The translations under genes and the position numbers were made by a program. DNA of 35,956 nt from Hydrurus foetidus (Eukaryota): assembly GCA_900617105.1 (NCBI GenBank), contig UYFQ01000774.1:1-35956 (forward strand), in the 5' to 3' direction. The notes under the pieces were generated by a model. That model saw only the letters and a program-made list of their open reading frames with translations. It was not told where the DNA came from and ran no database searches. Of this stretch, positions 31,790 to 35,956 are shown piece by piece. Position 1 is the stretch's first letter; each line of letters opens with the position of its first letter.

Positions 31790-31799
31790 TAATTGACTG
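31790..31799 (+). promoter_or_regulatory. Non-tRNA primer-binding site of element D (TAATTGACTG)
   Basis: Reverse complement of LTR 31668-31677. Confidence 0.75.
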
Positions 31800-31813
31800 G
31801 CTAGGCATTTCCC

Positions 31814-34800
31814 ATGCCTCCCAAACGCGCTGTAGAAGCCCTCAAGAGTGCAGAAGAGTGCATTCTCCAACACGGCAAACACGGCAACGTCATCAAGTGG
31901 AGAGAACATATGCAGACGATCGTCACAGAACTGTACGGAATCGTGGGGATGTTCTTCACCACAGGCGTGAGATACGAACTTCCGAAGTTATCATACGAGG
32001 ATTATCCCTCAGATTCTTCTTCGGAAAGTTCAGATGAGTCCGACGATGAGGAACCGGGCGTCAACGGTCCGCTAGACCAGGTACGAACTGCAGCAGCAGC
32101 CGCCGCTAAAGCCGCACGCGCTGCGGTGCGACTGGCGAAATCAGAAAGGCAACGCAAAGCCACACAGAAATCTCGTGCGAAATTCAGAGAGAATGAGTAC
32201 ATTCAGAGGAGGAAAGATTTAAAGACGCAACACGAGAACGAACGTACGGTCTTCCCCATGATGTGGAAGCGTATGTCGCTCATATCCCAGAGCAGAGTAA
32301 GGGAGGAAGAGGAGTACAGGACGGCATATCTCACCCTAGACTGCGTCCTATTATGGACACTGATCGAGCGAACCCACCTCACGCACATGTACGGTGCAGA
32401 CGAGGCACTGGTAGAGTACAATCAGCACCAACAGGAGATGAAATACGCGTCTATGAGACAAGGTGAGAGAGAGCACTTAGTAACCTTCAAGAATCGCTTT
32501 GACGAACAGGTGACGGCGAACCTCGCTGTGGGGATCGCAGCCGTATCGGAATCGAAGCGGGCACTCGACTTCCTCGGCAAACTCGATCCCCGCAGGTTCG
32601 GGGTCATGATGGGCGATATGAAGCATGACGCACTAAGGCGTAAACCGGATGCGTTCCCAAATACACTCGCCTCAGCCTTCCACGTATCGAACCAATGGAA
32701 CGAGGGAAGAGACCCCATACCAGCAGCCGCACCAGCACCCATCGGTGCGAACGCAGCGTACGTTACAGAAGGAGCACACGTTACCGCCTCCAGTGACCCG
32801 GAGAAGAAAGCGGGGAAAGCAGGAGGGACCGGTAAGAAATCCTTAGCAGATGTCGAATGCTTCAAATGTGAATTGAAGGGACACTACGCAAGGAACTGTC
32901 CGCAACGGAAACCGTCAGTTGAGAAAGTCCACGTCACGACGACAGAGTCGGACAGTGAGTACGAGGGTGAGGTTAGTGAGTGGGGTATAGCACTGGTCGC
33001 AGCACAGGAGGTATGCTGCTTCACAAAGTACGATGTTCTACTGGACAACGAAGCCTCGCTGAACATCTTCAGCAACAAGGATTTACTCACCAACGTGCGA
33101 GTGACCGACAAGAAAGTGCGAGTAACTGGGATCGAGCAGAGGGGAGGCGTTTCAGTCGATCAAGAAGGAAGCTTCGGGGAGTTCGGAACTGTTTACTACA
33201 GTGGAGCAGCGTCGGCCAACATCTTGTCATTTGCGTCACAAGTTGATTCGGGAGCTGCTATAAGATACGACTACCTTGATGACTGCTTTACCCTGCGACC
33301 TAAGGGGAGCGAGAACGTGTATCGATTTGGAAGGAAGCATGTCGCAGGCAGCGAGGGTAGATTCTACTCTTGCGATTGGAGAGAATTCATGAACGATCGA
33401 GCCCTGGTGGCAACAGTTACTGAAAACCTGAGAGCATTCACGAAGCGTGAGGTGGAGCAGGCTAGGAGAGCCAGGGAGATGCTTGCTAGGATGGGGTTCC
33501 CGACAGTGGAGCAGGCGATGTCGATCATCAACAGTGGGAGCAACTTCGAGGTTAGCGCGAGAGATTTCCAGATCGCTGAAGCGATATGGGGGAAGGATAT
33601 AGCTTCCCTGAAAGGGAAGACTACCAAGCGAGCGACTGCTGTCGCAGACATCACCGTGAGCACAAAAATACTACAAAGAGATCAGGTCCTATCGATCGAC
33701 ATTATGTATTTAGATAAATTAGCTATTCTAGTCGGGGTGGCTACTCCACTAGGTCTAACTATTGCATATAGTCTCAATACAGCAGATCTGAAGAAGCCAG
33801 CGAGGACAGCAGCTCAGGTGAAGCTTGGAATCAGCCATTCCTTGGCGTCCTCGCCTCGCAAAACTTTAGAGCCTCCGTGATCATGAGCGACGGAGAGAGC
33901 GCAGTGGTCAGCCTCGTCGACGAGTTAGGGAAACTTGGGGTGGAAGTGGACATCAGCGGCGCTGGCGGGCACGTGGCTAGGATAGAAAGAAAAATCAGGC
34001 TTGTTAAGGAACGAGTACGATCTCATGTAGCGTACCATCTACCGTTCACATTGTCGACCGTGGGTATCGCCATGTGTGTACTGTACTGTATATCCAGGCT
34101 GAACTACGAACCGGCCGGACTACGAGAATGGGGCCCCAGCCCCCGAGAGGCGTTTATCGGTAGGAAGCCTGATGGTAAGAGGGATTTTCGTTGTTCATTC
34201 GGAGACTACGCACAGTGTACCGTTACTAACACCGATTCAGGAATGGAGAGTCGAACCGAGGACTGTGTGGTGATGCTCCCCCTTGGTAATCGTACCGGGT
34301 CCGTCAGAATGCTATCGCTCAAAACAGGGCGCCTGGTCAACCGTGATCAGTTCCGAATACTCCCGATGCCGGAGTCGGTCATCAAGCGACTTAACGATCT
34401 CGCACTGGCTGACGGTAGAGTCAAGGGTAAGGGGGAATTGTACACGAAACCGGCGAGCTATGCCCAGGACGCAGGCGCAGTGAGTGACCTCCCGGACACC
34501 ATAGAACCCAAAGTGAACGATGGAGTCGACCCTGCGGTCCTGCCACTTGATGACGTGAACGGGCCAGATCAGATAGACAATGGTGAAGGCGTGCAGCACG
34601 GACATGGGAGGGAGTATGAGCAGAGCGACGGTGACGCAATTAACGATATGGATCCACACAGTGGGGATGTAGACCAGCATGGGGTTGCGGAGGATGGGGA
34701 GCATGAGCATGTGGACAGTGAGATGGACAGCCTAGTTGAGAACATGAGCCGCATGCGAGCGGGGCCACGCGACCACGAAGAGACATACGCAAGCGAGATC

Positions 34801-35956
34801 GACGCGAGCGGAGTGCCGGTGGACTACACAGCAGGGGACACGGGTGTGGAAGAGCAGCGGAATGCGAGGGATGCACTGGATCACGCAGCGCGTCTACTGG
34901 ACGTGCCACGGAACCCGATGGGGCACGGCGTCACCAGACACGAGTTGATGGACTTCTTCAGGATGAGAAGTGGCTCGGCACTGCTTACACGGAACTACGA
35001 TGGGAACGGTGCAGACTGGGGAGATCATGTGCTCAACATATCGGTCAATGAGGCGCTGCGAACGAGAGGCGATGCAGCAGTGGGTGTGATAGAGAAAGAG
35101 CTCAGGCAGATGATCGACAAGAAGGTTTGGGAGCCAGTCGACGTGAAGGGGCTGTCATGGGAGGAGAAAAAGAGGATAATCAGGTCTAGTATGTTTCTGA
35201 AGGAGAAGTTCCTTGCAAGCGGGGAGTTTGAGAAGTTGAAGGCAAGACTAGTCGCGGGAGGGGATCAACAGGATCGCGACCTGTACGACGACCTGTCCGC
35301 ACCGACAGTAGCGACGAGCTCGGTCTTCACGTTGCTGAGCATAGCCGCACACGAGGGGAGGAGGATCGCGGTGATTGACATCAGCGGGGCTTTTCTGAAC
35401 GCAGACATGACCACGGGACTCTCAGTGCACATGCGACTGGATCGTAACATGTCAGGCATCATGGTGAGACTGTCGCCCCCATATGCGCAATTCGTCGACC
35501 ACAAGGGGTGTATCGTGGTGCGCCTTGACAAGGCACTGTACGGGTGCGTGGAGTCAGCCGCGCTGTGGTACGAGAACCTGAAAGTCGGACTGTCCGAAAT
35601 GGGGTACGTACCGAACACACACGACACGTGTGTGTTCAACAAGCACAACGAGCACGGAGTACAATGCACTATCGCCGTGCACGTGGATGACTTGATGGTG
35701 ACGAGTATCGATGGGTCTATGATCGAGGTGGTTGCAACCGGTCTGATAAAAAGGTACGGCGACATTACCAGGAAGGATGGCCCTATAGTGAACTACCTAG
35801 GGATGGTTTTCGACCTTTCATTCACAGGTGTGGCACGCGTGTCGATGACGGGATACGTGGAAGACATGCTCAAAGAAAGCGGGACGAAGGGGGGTGCGAG
35901 ATCACCAGCGACAGAGGGACTCTTCGACGCGAGGGAGAGTGCGGCGATGGCGAGCG
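31814..35956 (+). pseudogene. Copia Gag-Pol of element D with a 1-nt frameshift in integrase; incomplete at the window edge
   Basis: ORF 31814-33880 follows the A protein to GISH. One T is missing near 33838 (CATTCCTT for CAT TTC CTT); the shifted frame continues through integrase and RT (HVDDL) toward the window end. Confidence 0.88.

Larger units (their letters stand above)
31451..35956 (+). mobile_element. Ty1/Copia LTR retrotransposon D (diverged relative of A); runs off the window
   Basis: LTR 31451-31789 clearly similar to the A LTR; polyprotein colinear with that of A. Confidence 0.93.

Overview
Eukaryotic, transposon-dense genomic DNA. Short GT-AG introns and the transposon types suggest a protist, probably a stramenopile (inference). 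The window holds four Ty1/Copia-order LTR retrotransposons from three distinct LTR families: A 383-6017 (+, intact), B 19921-25823 (-, intact, LTRs apparently identical, nested in the 5' LTR of C), C 19890-31425 (+, frameshifted) and D 31451 to window end (+, relative of A). It also holds two decayed two-gene PIF/Harbinger-like DNA transposons, an internally deleted hAT element, a ~950-bp tandem duplication, a 6-exon CDC50/LEM3 gene, an intronless HSL-family esterase gene and the 5' part of an unknown ORF. Main finding: none of the Copia elements has a tRNA-type (TGG...) primer-binding site. In each, the 10-11 nt directly after the 5' LTR are the exact reverse complement of a segment inside its own LTR, and the pair co-varies across the three families (TAATTGACTG/CAGTCAATTA, TAATTAAACT/AGTTTAATTA, CAAAGAAAGAT/ATCTTTCTTTG). 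This points to tRNA-independent self-priming, which I know from Gypsy-type Tf1/Tf2 but not from Copia elements. All comparisons were made by eye; no searches were run.
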